Assembly (NCBI GenBank): GCA_051362555.1 | Contig: CM120645.1 | Location: 124,001-188,000, forward strand | Direction of reading: 5' to 3' | DNA length: 64,000 nt | Source of the DNA: Lingula anatina | Lineage: Eukaryota > Animalia > Brachiopoda | Shown: one piece after another, positions 53,601 to 64,000 of the stretch | Numbering within the stretch: position 1 is the stretch's first letter | How the letters are laid out: every line of letters starts with the position of its first letter | Made by a program: the position numbers and the translations under genes | The notes under the pieces: generated by a model | The model's input: the letters and a program-made list of their open reading frames with translations, nothing else | Told to the model about the DNA's origin: nothing | Databases searched by the model: none

Positions 53601-56003
53601 ACGGATGCGATAGTACAATTGCCAAATCCTCTTCACTTCCTCTCTCCTCTCTCTGAGTGTTTATCTTTAGTACTCCTTTTCTCTGTTTTTGGAAAATAAG
53701 GTTCTGACATTTCTACTAATATGAATGTAACTCTACTAAACTTATGATACACTGTATCCGTATGAATCTGCATGGATCTGCAACAAATACATAACTACTT
53801 GTAGATCACTCTGCCACATGTAATCATTGTGAATCAAAGCCATGTACATATGCAGAAAGCTTTGGTTTGTTAAGTATGGGCTTTTTTATTCATGCTGATG
53901 GTTAAGTCATAACACAACTACTACTTTATCAAATTGCTGTTTTCGGTACATTTGATGTACCATTTTACTGTAGATTATTCTATAACCATGCAGTGCCGCA
54001 GGTGCCTGGCTGTATGAATTCAACATGGTATTTACCTTAATATTCACTGTTTTATGAAATGAGGCATTCAGAAAATTGGAGATACATTATACAGAGCCCA
54101 GGGAAGTACATATTATAAAATATCTTATATTTTCAGCATGCCACCAAAACCACCTCCAAGACCCCAGTTTACATTCACAAAGAGACAGGATCCAGTTGAA
54201 GGCACCACTCCACTACCCCCACCTGGTGGCAGCGATAACACCAACAAGAGTTACCTCAGCCTCGTGTCACCAGAGTGTGATACGTCACGTCACGAACACC
54301 TGGAACATAAACCCAAACATTCTGTTTACGCTGATAGATATGGAACGGACGAGGCTTGCAGCTCCTCTCAAGTGGGGTCTCAAGTTTCTCTTCAAATAGA
54401 AAAACATTTTCTGGTAGATGAGTCTCAACAGAGTCATGGAAACCACCGTCTTGGAGACCATCATCATGGAGACCAAAGCAAAAGTTCTTTGACACAAAAG
54501 TCAAAACAGCAGCCAAGCACAAACTCTAGATTTGAAAAAAGTGGATCTTCCATAGGACAAACTGTAGTTTTCAGTGGACCTATTAACATAACCAACATAA
54601 CTCAGCCTAATCGCACTGCCATTCTGCCTCCTCTTCGTCAAATCCCTAGTGTGTTGGACAAAAACCAGAAAGAGGCAATGATGCAGAAACTGATAGGGAG
54701 TAATGATAAGTCTGCAGAAACCCCGGATAAGGACAAGGCAGCCGAGGAAGAGGCCAAAGCTGGCATTGAATCTGCTGGTAAAAAGTTGACAGAAGCTTTA
54801 TCAAAGAAAGTAGGTCACAGCCAGGGGGAGCTGATGACAGTTGGTGCAAGGGAACTCCAGAACTTATCCCTGGGCACTGAAAGCATTTCAGAAAACACAC
54901 ATGGAAAAGAGAGCCCACTGGATAGAAGTGTTGGTACAGTCAGTCCAAAGGATAGTGGCATTGGTACAGATGGTGAAGAGCTAGAGCCAACACAAGATGA
55001 CCCTGTCATCTCCACCAGCTCCCTGCCATTGGAAACAGGTCAAGGGCAAGGTCACCATCTCCCAAGCACCTGCCCATCAGATGAAGGCATAGAGACTATC
55101 ACTATATCAGAGTCAGAGTCAGTCCACAATTGGGATTACAGTACACCACATGAGATGGTGCTGAGTGAACGTCCTACTGTGCGCCCAGGTACTGCAGTTG
55201 AAGTGATGGAGAAAGCTGCTTTGCATCATCTTCCATTGCAATCAGGCAGGCGGACTGTTGCATCCCAGCAGCCATTTCAGTTTGAGGCAAGCCTTGTCAA
55301 TGCAGAGGTGAACAGTCCCAAAGCTGAGCAGAAACCACAGCCAAAGAGAAGTTTCCTGGAGAACGTAGGTAGTTCATTGGAACCTGTGAATGTTCCAGAA
55401 TTAGAGAATCTCCGTCCAGGAAGTGCATCCAGTGGTTCATGTACTGTTATCTCAGATGATGGTGCCATTCAATACGTGAATAGCTCCAAATGGCAAATGT
55501 CTCAGACTATAATTGATGTAGAAACACACATACCCACACTGGAAGAATCTAACACAAACACTGAAATGTCTCCTCTGAAATGGAGGCAGAAAAGGAAAGT
55601 AGCACCAAGTCCTTCGGATCCAGTGCATAATGAGCCAGAGGAGGCTTGGAATATGAACAATTTGGACCAAGAAGATGATACAGGAGATGGGTTGTTGGCA
55701 AACACGCCAATAAGTGATGACGGTGTGCCACAGCATGAAGATTACGATGGTCAGCCATTGGATGGAGAGACCGTATTCCAGGCACCAGGTGGCAGCACCA
55801 TCAGGGCCTATCTGCCACAGTTAAACCAAGAGTCGGAAGTTACTGTGACTGGAGACAAGAAAACCAAGAGGAATAAAAAGTCAAAGAGGAGATTGGGAAT
55901 GCTAGCGTTGACAAAACGTGATCACAGAACTAAGATAAACTCAAATGTGAACTCTACTATGAAGTTTGAAAACTTTATAAAGCGGCGTGAATCCAAATTT
56001 TAA
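30951..56003 (+). CDS. Giant mucin-domain cadherin (Fat/protocadherin-like), 23 coding exons, about 4336 aa
   Basis: Exons: 30951-34290, 34676-34750, 35221-38921, 39180-39281, 39957-40076, 40505-42016, 42511-42691, 43022-43119, 43961-44104, 44480-44576, 44880-45161, 47788-47906, 48289-48508, 48801-49015, 49468-49638, 49916-50045, 50307-50515, 50887-51002, 51447-51568, 51901-51964, 53265-53352, 53524-53561, 54137-56003. GT-AG, phases consistent, 13011 nt. Many LDYE/LDRE, AxDxD and DxNDNxP motifs; TM segment LIVVVGISASLNGVLFVMVIVLSFVW. Boundaries near 50045-50515 are the least certain. Confidence 0.85.
35009..35065. repeat. (TA)n microsatellite
   Basis: Directly visible. Confidence 0.95.
35221..38921 (+). 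CDS. 3.7-kb exon encoding about 11 cadherin repeats
   Basis: Motifs LDYE, DIDEYP, DVNEHIP, DVNDNPP, DTNDEIP, DDNDHVP, DVNDEPP. Confidence 0.93.
39267..39512. repeat. 35-bp tandem repeat (~7 copies) = cadherin exon 4 end + donor
   Basis: Unit AGCTGTCAATCTGTG|gtgagtgtattttattggtc. Confidence 0.93.
43087..43572. repeat. 81-bp tandem repeat (6 copies) = cadherin exon 8 end + donor
   Basis: Unit ATGGATGACCCCAATGTGAGGATTGTTGTATGG|gtaagtaacaagatggaggtgatttgttgtgtttgatatagacatatc. Confidence 0.94.
43800..43990. repeat. ~83-bp duplication spanning the acceptor of cadherin exon 9
   Basis: Two copies of aaatcctggacatgaattagttattttaatattcatatatattatctattaag|gcagttgatggtggagagaggagtagtagt, plus an older diverged exon-like piece upstream. 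Confidence 0.88.
45128..47468. repeat. 36-bp tandem repeat (~45 + ~8 copies) = cadherin exon 11 end + donor, split by an insertion
   Basis: Unit cagtcttatatcacatacagtatatcagatacag|gt; open in frame as QSYITYSISDTG. Confidence 0.96.
46767..47193. mobile_element. ~430-bp non-autonomous element inserted in the minisatellite
   Basis: Unique, more GC-rich sequence between two acataca copies; imperfect inverted ends ccacggggctgatatc / gatatcgggctcgtgg; 3' hairpin 47112-47170. Confidence 0.8.
49640..49821. mobile_element. ~180-bp MITE-like foldback element
   Basis: ~55-bp imperfect inverted repeats: tttagaataggggactaactagtctgagggtcaaatatggtgtcccac vs gtgggcaagccatatttgaccctcaaactagttagtctcctcattctaaa. 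Confidence 0.8.
50628..50680. repeat. (TTTA)n microsatellite
   Basis: Directly visible. Confidence 0.9.
52442..53170 (-). mobile_element. 5'-truncated non-LTR retrotransposon (Rex1/Babar-like) in a cadherin intron
   Basis: ORF 53138-52560 has the RT C-terminal motifs LNVSKTKEMIIDFRR, KKARQRMYFLRKL, FYRCVLESILTY and HPAHTLF. It is followed on the minus strand by a short 3'UTR, AATAAA and an (ATT)n tail. Confidence 0.9.
54137..56003 (+). CDS. Terminal exon: long low-complexity cytoplasmic tail ending RRESKF
   Basis: 621-aa open frame after acceptor tattttcag; phase matches the preceding exon. Confidence 0.82.
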
Positions 56004-58083
56004 ACCATTTTAGGTTTTATTTGGTACAAACATATTGTACTTCTCAAACACAAAAATCAGAATAATTTGTTATTTTTACCAGGTTATATCACATCTTCTG
56101 GTATTTTGCATATATGTAAGAATAATTTGACTTGCAACTACCAAATCCTGGTTGTATTTTAATCTAAATTAAATTGGAAGTTTTTTTCTATGCACTACTT
56201 GTTTCTAATGAATTGGAAGTTTTAAAAAGCTGTGTATCATTGTTCCCTTAGTTCTATATGTGAAAAATTTTAATTAAGTTTAAGAAAAAAGAAATTTAAT
56301 TTCCTACATTTATTACTGTAGCCATATTGATGTTATCACTGCTGTAGTGAAATTTTTAGCTGATTTATTCAGCACAGATATTATACGTGTCATGGCATGC
56401 ACAGTATGTATATTTGGACTGTTATTGCTATCTAACAGGCACCTTAAGTTCAGCTTAGCTATTGCACAAAAGGAAATACAAGTAGGTTTTAATGCTAATT
56501 TAAGTTCGGTTAATGTCGTTAATGACATTTCATGGATAATTTCTGAGAAAGCAAAAGTTTAAGTTCATTGCATTTTTTCCTCTAACTAAAATCTAAACTT
56601 AGTCAGCAGACAACATTAACCATGTTTTACCAGTAGCTCTATATGAAACAAAATATATTATTTCACGTACGCGTGTACCTTTGGTGTTTTAAAGCTGTTG
56701 ACAGGATCACACGATAAAACATGATTAAAACTAGATCATTTCAAATAAACATCTCTCACATAGATTATAGCACATGTATATGTTACTAGACCTGTTTATG
56801 CAAACTTGAACAAAAACATGAAATTGTTTTTCAATGATTAAAAAACTACGTAATGTGGCGAGAAAATCTTTAGTGTATATAAAAATAGTAATAAATGGTA
56901 GGTGCATTATCCAACAAAATTTGGTTAAATATTTGCCTCATATGGTTATTTTATAGTTATTCAAAATAAAGATGTTTCCGAACTTTTTTGGTCGAGTTAT
57001 ATAACTGATAAACATGCCCGCAACCAAGACTAACAAAAAGAATTGCGGACTGTTGCAGGAGGTGGGTGGAGGAAGGTTTTATTATGAAGAAATTTTCCAA
57101 ATCCTATCTTTGACTCAGAATCCACTGGTGGTCCTTTCCTAAAAATGAAAATACACGGTCGTACGCAGGGGATTTTGGTCTTGAAGGGGGGGGGGGGGGG
57201 GTGATAGAATTGTAATCTTGGTCAAACAATGTCTCCTCTGCATTAAAACTTAATCTGGGTTCTATGCCATTTTTCAAGTTGGGTCACGTGAAAAGAAAAA
57301 GAACGCCCTTTCACTATCTGACCTTTCACAGCATTTCTCCGAAACTGTGAGTTTAAAACATCGCCAAATTTTCCTATTCATCAGAATACAGTCAATCATT
57401 ATGTTTTTAATATAATCATATTTTTTCTGTGTCTGTTGTTCATTTGATTTAACGCATTTAAAGTTAACAAGATTTTTGTTACAAAGCAGCCTAGTCGTAT
57501 TTCAGTGATAAACATAATCTTCTTGGCTGTTGTACATTCGAACTAAGATCTAATAAACAGTCTTAGATTCGAATAAACACATTGACAGATAGACTAAGAT
57601 AACACAATGTTACAAAGAAGTCTAGTCGTATTTCAGTGATTCACGAGCGTTGGCCTGGTGAATTTCTTAATAAAACATATAACTAGCGTTCCATCTCTTC
57701 ACGATACAAAGTCGAGGCAGACGCAGCTAGAGTTGCTGCAGTCGATGTTGCTTCCCAGAACTGGTGTTGGTGTCAACCATGTTAATTACCATCACAGCTG
57801 TCGTTATCGCTAAACCTACAGGTGTGCCCTGGTCTTAACAACTATAGATACAGATATAATAATGAACTATGATATCTCTCGATCAGTTCTTTTAAACAAA
57901 AGTCTCGTATACACAAACTAATTCCGCTGATCTGTCTTTGAATCATATTTTTATAAAATTTGTTATAAATTATATTAATTACAGGGCGGTATAAAAAGAT
58001 GTATATTTTTCCATTGCAGAAAATAACAGTGGGTATTAACGTGATCATCGCTTTCTTATTTTCTTTTTATTAAAGATAACATA

Positions 58084-59358
58084 GGGGAGACCGGGGCTAG
58101 TTGGACCCCGGGGTAAGTTGGCCCCCCGTCAATTTATGAAAAAGTAACTACGAGGTAAAAAAATTGGCCACATACTCTTGTAAAGTGACCGTAGCCTACA
58201 ATACTAAGGAAGTGTCGTACGTGAAAGAGTTTTACTTAAGCGGTGAGTCCAAATGAACGATTTTTGCACCTAAAAGTAATTTTGTTTAAGAGAATTAAAA
58301 ATCTATTTTCATAGGCTTTTAATGAAATATAATATATGTATAGGGCATCAAACTGAAGCTCAGTGTTTCAAGTTTCACAGAGATATATCATCGTTGCTCA
58401 TTCTAGCATCATAAATGGCTGCCATCCTTTAAAATAAAAAAGATGCACCCGGGGCTAGTTGGCCCCCTAGACTCGGGGCAAGTTGGACCCTCATGTTACC
58501 CACAATCCTTTGCGCGCAACGCTGTTTGAAATAAACAAGTTGGTGAAATTGACAAAGCTTGCCGGACGGTGTTTACCGTCTGATTGATTTTATTTAATTT
58601 GCTCTCTGTCTTTTCGAAAATTTATATTAGAAATGTTCTGTTGATTGTATGTATTAAAAAGCAAATCCATTGGAGCTTCCTAAGAAAAACATTTATTTTG
58701 CCTCAATTCATTTTAAAGGGAATGCCCCTTTTTTTATAGTGTTATATAGGGGATTTTCCACCCCTCCCTAGCTAGAGATCATTGTTCAAACAAACTCAAT
58801 GGTTTAAAACTGAACTTGTTACTTTCTTTTAAAACGAAAATTTATCATTCGTTTTCATTCATTAAAAATCTGATTTATACCATTATTAATGTATTCTTAA
58901 CTAAAACAAAACTATTTTATTGATAGATATTTTGGTTCTTGCAACACATACCCCCCCCCCTACAACGTGACGTACGGAAACCTCAATAAATCTGCCTCAT
59001 TTGAACTATTTATTCATCAAAGACACTCAAAAATAAATTTCATAAATTAAAAATGTATAAAAATGTATTTCAAGGCGTTTACATGGGATATATACTTCAT
59101 TTTCGTATAGGGGAGCCAACTTGCCCCGACCATGGGGCCAACTTGCCCCGTGGCGGGGCAAGTTGGCCCCCTTGACGTCAACTGCGTTTTTTGTCAAATT
59201 GTGAGCCATCTGGCATTATATTTGAAAAATAATGACGTTGCATACGTAGCTTAGTTCATGGGCCTTACTTTAAAACCGGTTCTGTTACTCTAACTCATTC
59301 CTAGTTGGCTCTACAAGGCCAAAAGTGTCTAACTGGGCCAACTAGCCCCGGTCTCCCC
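58084..59358. mobile_element. Non-autonomous DNA transposon (Tc1/mariner-pogo-like), 1275 bp
   Basis: Perfect 21-bp TIR ggggagaccggggctagttgg / ccaactagccccggtctcccc, TA on both flanks, subterminal copies of cggggcaagttggcccc, no transposase ORF. Confidence 0.9.
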
Positions 59359-59590
59359 TAGATTTTAAGATTTAAAGCTTCTATTTGCCCTCGCAAATGA
59401 TGGCTTAGAACACCACATATAGTCGTGTTGGAAGCCGTCATTCAAGACGAACCATTTAAGATAACAGGATTTGATTTACATAGTCGTCACATTTCACAGA
59501 GTCACGATCATGGACTTGCATCAGCTTTTTCATTCTCGTACATAATATATGACAGATGGCTCCAGTCTACAGTTTATTTTGCTGCCGGTC

Positions 59591-62022
59591 ATGTCTCTCT
59601 GTATACTGTCAAAGACAGCAATGCTGGCCGCCATTGTGTGGATGGTGGTACCATGGAATATGTCTGCTGATTCCAGCACAATAGAAGACAGTGGACCCAA
59701 CAAACTGGAGGAGAGAGTTTTACGTTTAGAGAGAAAATTCCAACAGGAAACCAGTCTGCTGAAGAAAGAATTCCGACAAGAAACCAGTCTCCTTAAGAGA
59801 GAAAACCAAGAACTTAAGGTATGATTAGACAGTGAAATGTGAATTTGAAGAACATACAGCAAAAAATAGTATTTTTAGAGGTGGCGATATTCTTAGGAAG
59901 AATGTATTTTCTACAAATGTCGTTTGTAAAACGTACTGAAAAATATTTGGCTACTGAAATTCCGTGTTTATAAATTGTGCACATAAAATAATCCTACCAA
60001 TCTTGTGCCTAAAACAAACTTTATAATGCGCCCATTTGGAAAAATTAATCTCGTGATGCATTTAGAACATTATGGTAGTAGGAAAATTGTGACTATATCT
60101 TCATGGCTTTTAGTCAAAATCGTAAAGCGCGCACCGAGAAACATACTTCTAATTACTATTTATTTAACTCCAGGAATCCCTTCACAGACTCCAGCTTTCC
60201 ATAAGTCCCACTTCTGACGACGACTTGATGTCATTGAAAGATGACAATGGGAATGTTTTATCAGGAACAGGGACACACAGCTGTGAGTAACATCTGGCAT
60301 TTCACGTATACCATTATGGCTGTATTTTTACTCTGTTAATCCTCATAATGCTAAATATATTCACAAAGTTATCGTTGTTTTAGCTTAGCCTAGCAGCACA
60401 TGTAGATTTTCACATATACACACATTCACTTGACACACGAAAACGTGCGCACGGAAACACAGTGGTGCACACACACGTGTAAAATAAGCAACAATACCAC
60501 GCACAGATATTCATGTATAATTAACAATATTATTTTAACTATGAGTTGGACCTTTCAAACATCTATTCACCGACAAATATTTCATTCTAATTCAAGAGTT
60601 TTTATGCCTTATTTCTCCGCACATTTCACTCATTTGCTTGTTTTCGTTACATTGCCTTTTGTTGTTTACCAAAATGGAGCATTCTGATTTCTCATTCCAT
60701 CCATTCTCATTTCTCATTCCTGCCGTATTAGGCAGTTTCTAAGAACCTTGTTTTTAATTTAAATATAAAATAGTATTTGAAGTGCATCGTATCTAAACCT
60801 GAGTTTGCATGCGTTATACACAATGTACACATTACAGACACTTACCATTTAATTGTGAAAATTAACCAATCAAATTAAACTTTGTGACTTTGAAATTTTC
60901 CATTTTTCCTAACACAAAAACAATTTCAACACCTGTGGAAAGTAAACTTGCACTCAATAACTCGCCAGGTTTTTACTTCTTCGGCCTTATTTTCCTTTTA
61001 ATTTGAAATTAGTGAAGGCATAAGCCACAAACTTTGCTACAGCAAGAATACGACGCACAGATACGCATGTAAAATTAGCACCAATACGACACAAGAATAC
61101 GACTGCTGTAATGAAGTGTACCGGGCATCACTGGAAGTGTACTGCACGTATTGTGTTTTTGCTCGGCAAACACGTCACGTTGGTACCACGTGGTTAATCC
61201 GTCGCTATGACGTTTTAATATGGTAGCAACGTGCTGGCCACGTGATCCACGTTTGCTGGTGACTTATGGTCAAACATCTATTGCAGGTGATGAGGACCTC
61301 ACTGGACAATAAATAACATATAACTAAATTTTTGAGATATTTCAAAATTTCCACTTATTAAGCTTTAATAACTTCTTGAAGGTTATTTAAACATTTATGA
61401 AAAGCTCGATGGCATTATTTTCAGGTTTATTTTTTAATTATCTGGGTTTGTAAATCTGTTTATGTAAATTTCGTTAAACTTTGGAAAAGATAATTTATTT
61501 TGGAATGGGTAGATTGGAATGGATAGATTGAACACTTTATGTTATCTTTGATAATATAAAATCAGACACTGAAAGGCACATAATACTAGTACATTGTTGT
61601 CATAATTACAATAATATACATTTACAGCTTTCATTTGCCCAAGTGCATGCAGGGGCCTTTCAGGCAGGGATGGCAGAGATGGGACACCTGGTAAAGACGG
61701 GAAACCTGGACATGACGGAAAACCTGGTGAGGATGGGAAACCAGGCAGAGATGGGAAACCTGGAAGTGACGGAAAACCTGGTGAGGATGGGAAACCAGGC
61801 AGAGATGGGAAATCTGGCGAAAACGGGAAACCTGGTAGAGATGGGAAACCAGGCAGAGATGGGAAACAAGGCAGAGATGGGAAACCTGGTGAGGATGGGA
61901 AAACGGGCAGAGATGGAAAACCAGGCAGAGATGGGAGACGTGGCGAAGACGGGAAACCTGGCCATGTTGGTCAACCTGGGGCAGAGGGTAAACCTGGAAA
62001 AGATGGCAAAGACGGACTCCAG
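59591..62022 (+). CDS. Secreted coiled-coil + collagen-domain protein (collectin/C1q/short-chain-collagen-like), 5' exons 59591-59818, 60174-60282, 61628-62022; 3' part outside the window
   Basis: Signal-like [26 protein letters not shown] (an upstream in-frame ATG at 59549 is also possible), coiled coil [15 protein letters not shown]..., then CPSAC and 41 uninterrupted Gly-X-Y triplets; splice phases consistent. Confidence 0.85.
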
Positions 62023-62122
62023 GTAGGTCAAGCCACATTTGTTAATTAAAACAAATTTTTATATTTCACTTTATAAATTTACGCATTGCGTCTTCGGTGC
62101 ATCGGGTCTTGTCGTAGTTTTC

Positions 62123-64000
62123 TGTTGTTATGTAACTCAAGTTAACATTTTTTAAATAACTCATTTATTACATAACACGTCCAGCCATGCTGGCTAACTG
62201 GTAGAGAAAAGAACAATGCATTATGGGAGATATGTTAATTACATTATAATATGCAACATCTCCCTTTTTTTTTTTTATAAAAATAAATCCTGGAATTTTT
62301 TTTTTTTTTTTTTAAAGTTGCTAATAAACATAATCAGTTCACTGTCCGTGTTGTCTTTGTCTCCAAGACATTTCAATGTTCACAGTTCATAGGCACATGT
62401 AAATGTTTTTTTTTTTTGTTTGTTTGTTTTAACACAAAAGTCAACAGAATCTCAAGTCCAGAGTTCATAAATGAAACAATTATGATTAAGCTTATTGAAA
62501 TTACAGTCAATTTGTGACACTTTCACAACTGACTTGTTACAGTCACTATTACTGAATTTATTCATAAGTTCAGTCTCTCTGGAGGTTTAATGTTCCTGCT
62601 TGATCTGCGTAAGGGTTGAGATTGAGGTGTTTCACATTTTGTAACAGTCTCTGTGTTTGTAATGTCAACAAGAGGTTCATCAGTTTCCTCAATCTCATTG
62701 TTTCTGAAATCAAAATGTTCTTTTGTCTTATGAATGTGTTTCCTGTTGCGTCGGTAATTTCCACCATTGGATTCCACATAATAAGATCTGGGTTTGTCTG
62801 ATACAGTTTTAACTTTGGCAGGTTGCCATGTATTATTCTGAGTGTCATACATGCGAACAAATTCTCCTTCATGTAAAGGTTCAAGCGGTTTGGCATGCTG
62901 ATCATAGTGTGTTTTACTTGCGTTCTGTCTCTTCTGTAATGCTACATTGTAGTCGGAGTTCAACTGTGACTGTCCAGCGGGAATATTTGTTTTATACTTC
63001 CGGTTATTCAATAACTCACAAGGCGCTGGTAGGTTGTGATCAATGGGTGTTGTGCGAAGACATAACATGGATAGGTGGGGATCTGAATTCGATTCCCATG
63101 CTTTCTGAAATAGACTTTTAACAGTCTGTACCATTCGTTCTATGAATCCATTTGACTGCGGATACATAGGTGAGGATGTAATGTGCGTAAATCCCCAAGT
63201 GTTTGCGAAGTTTTTGAATCCTTCTGATGAAAACTGAGGTCCATTGTCAGTTTTAAGAATCTCAGGGATGCCATGCTCCTCGAATATGCTCTTTAAGTGT
63301 GCAATTACACTGCCTGATGATGTACTTGGAAGTTTCCTCACTAAAGGATATTTGCTGTACTGGTCAGCAACTAATAAGTAGTCAGTTTGTCTCCAATAGA
63401 ACAAATCTGCTGCTAATGTGTGCCATGCGCGGGGAGGTACATCTGCTGGCAATAAGGGTTCCTTACTGTTGGCAGCTTGGTGTTTCTGGCAAGGTGGACA
63501 CAGTCCGACTGTGTGCTCAATATCATTATTCATGCCAGGCCAGAATACAGACGATTTTGCACGTAGCTTACATATCTCCACTCCCTGGTGGGCATAATGT
63601 AGCTGTTTAAGTAGGTCAGGGCGAAGTACTGTAGGAATAATCATCCTATTCCCCTTCATTATGATTCCATCTGCGATGCCTAACTCATCACGGTAGTTCC
63701 AGTATGGGTGAAGAATTTCTGGACACTCGCTGCGTGTAGCTGGCCATCCTACAGAAATCATTTCACGAAGAGCTGCTAGCTGTGGTTCCTTACTAGTTTC
63801 CTCGCGAATTTGCTCAATGCGTGTTGGACTTGCGTTCATGTACGAGTGTAATTCATGTACTGTAATGTCAAGTCCTTTGATGTCGTCACCATCACAAGGT
63901 TTCATGCGAGAGAGGGCATCAGCTAGTCCTATATTTTTGCCTGGGACATACACAATCTCTGTGTCATAACACTGCGTTCTCAGCAACATGCGAGTCAGAC
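62123..64000 (-). mobile_element. Ty3/Gypsy LTR retrotransposon, 3' part (pol end, PPT, 3' LTR), within the collagen-gene intron
   Basis: Polypurine tract 62276-62259 (A-run + GGGAGA on minus) followed by TGTTG...CAACA (62258-62123) containing AATAAA. Confidence 0.88.
62562..64000 (-). CDS. pol: Gypsy pol C-terminus: end of RNase H + integrase (K02A2.6-like)
   Basis: YVPGKNIGLADALSR; HHCC finger (LHYAHQG...CPPCQ); integrase core TDNGPQF, SNGFIERMVQTVK; YRRNRKH; uninterrupted frame. Confidence 0.95.
   Translation of the reverse strand, partial: LTRMLLRTQCYDTEIVYVPGKNIGLADALSRMKPCDGDDIKGLDITVHELHSYMNASPTRIEQIREETSKEPQLAALREMISVGWPATRSECPEILHPYWNYRDELGIADGIIMKGNRMIIPTVLRPDLLKQLHYAHQGVEICKLRAKSSVFWPGMNNDIEHTVGLCPPCQKHQAANSKEPLLPADVPPRAWHTLAADLFYWRQTDYLLVADQYSKYPLVRKLPSTSSGSVIAHLKSIFEEHGIPEILKTDNGPQFSSEGFKNFANTWGFTHITSSPMYPQSNGFIERMVQTVKSLFQKAWESNSDPHLSMLCLRTTPIDHNLPAPCELLNNRKYKTNIPAGQSQLNSDYNVALQKRQNASKTHYDQHAKPLEPLHEGEFVRMYDTQNNTWQPAKVKTVSDKPRSYYVESNGGNYRRNRKHIHKTKEHFDFRNNEIEETDEPLVDITNTETVTKCETPQSQPLRRSSRNIKPPERLNL

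Noticed and set aside
53974-54001. Possible 28-nt micro-exon
   Set aside because: Inclusion would break the phase with the terminal exon, and the donor is weak.
61631-62038. Three listed ORFs over the collagen exon
   Set aside because: Wrong frames or strand; the real frame is the Gly-X-Y one entered by splicing at 61628.

Overview
AT-rich, intron-containing animal DNA; a lophotrochozoan, probably a mollusc, inferred from gene and repeat style. All exon models were reconstructed by hand from GT-AG sites and reading-frame continuity. Contents: (1) the first two coding exons of a Spindly/BICD-type dynein adaptor (minus strand, runs off the left edge); (2) a complete 21-exon COG5 (minus, 22621->5938, about 808 aa); (3) a complete 23-coding-exon giant cadherin (plus, 30951->56003, about 4336 aa) with signal peptide, ~1100-aa N-terminal mucin domain, 20+ cadherin repeats, one TM helix and a long tail ending -ESKF; (4) the 5' part of a secreted coiled-coil + collagen gene; (5) mobile DNA: the 3' half of a Ty3/Gypsy element, a truncated Rex1/Babar-like LINE, a TA-flanked non-autonomous DNA transposon and MITE-like inserts. 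The most striking pattern is that most tandem repeats in the window are amplified exon-intron junctions. At 13 splice sites in three genes, a 25-94 bp unit containing the splice site plus the adjacent exon end is repeated 2 to ~65 times into the intron.
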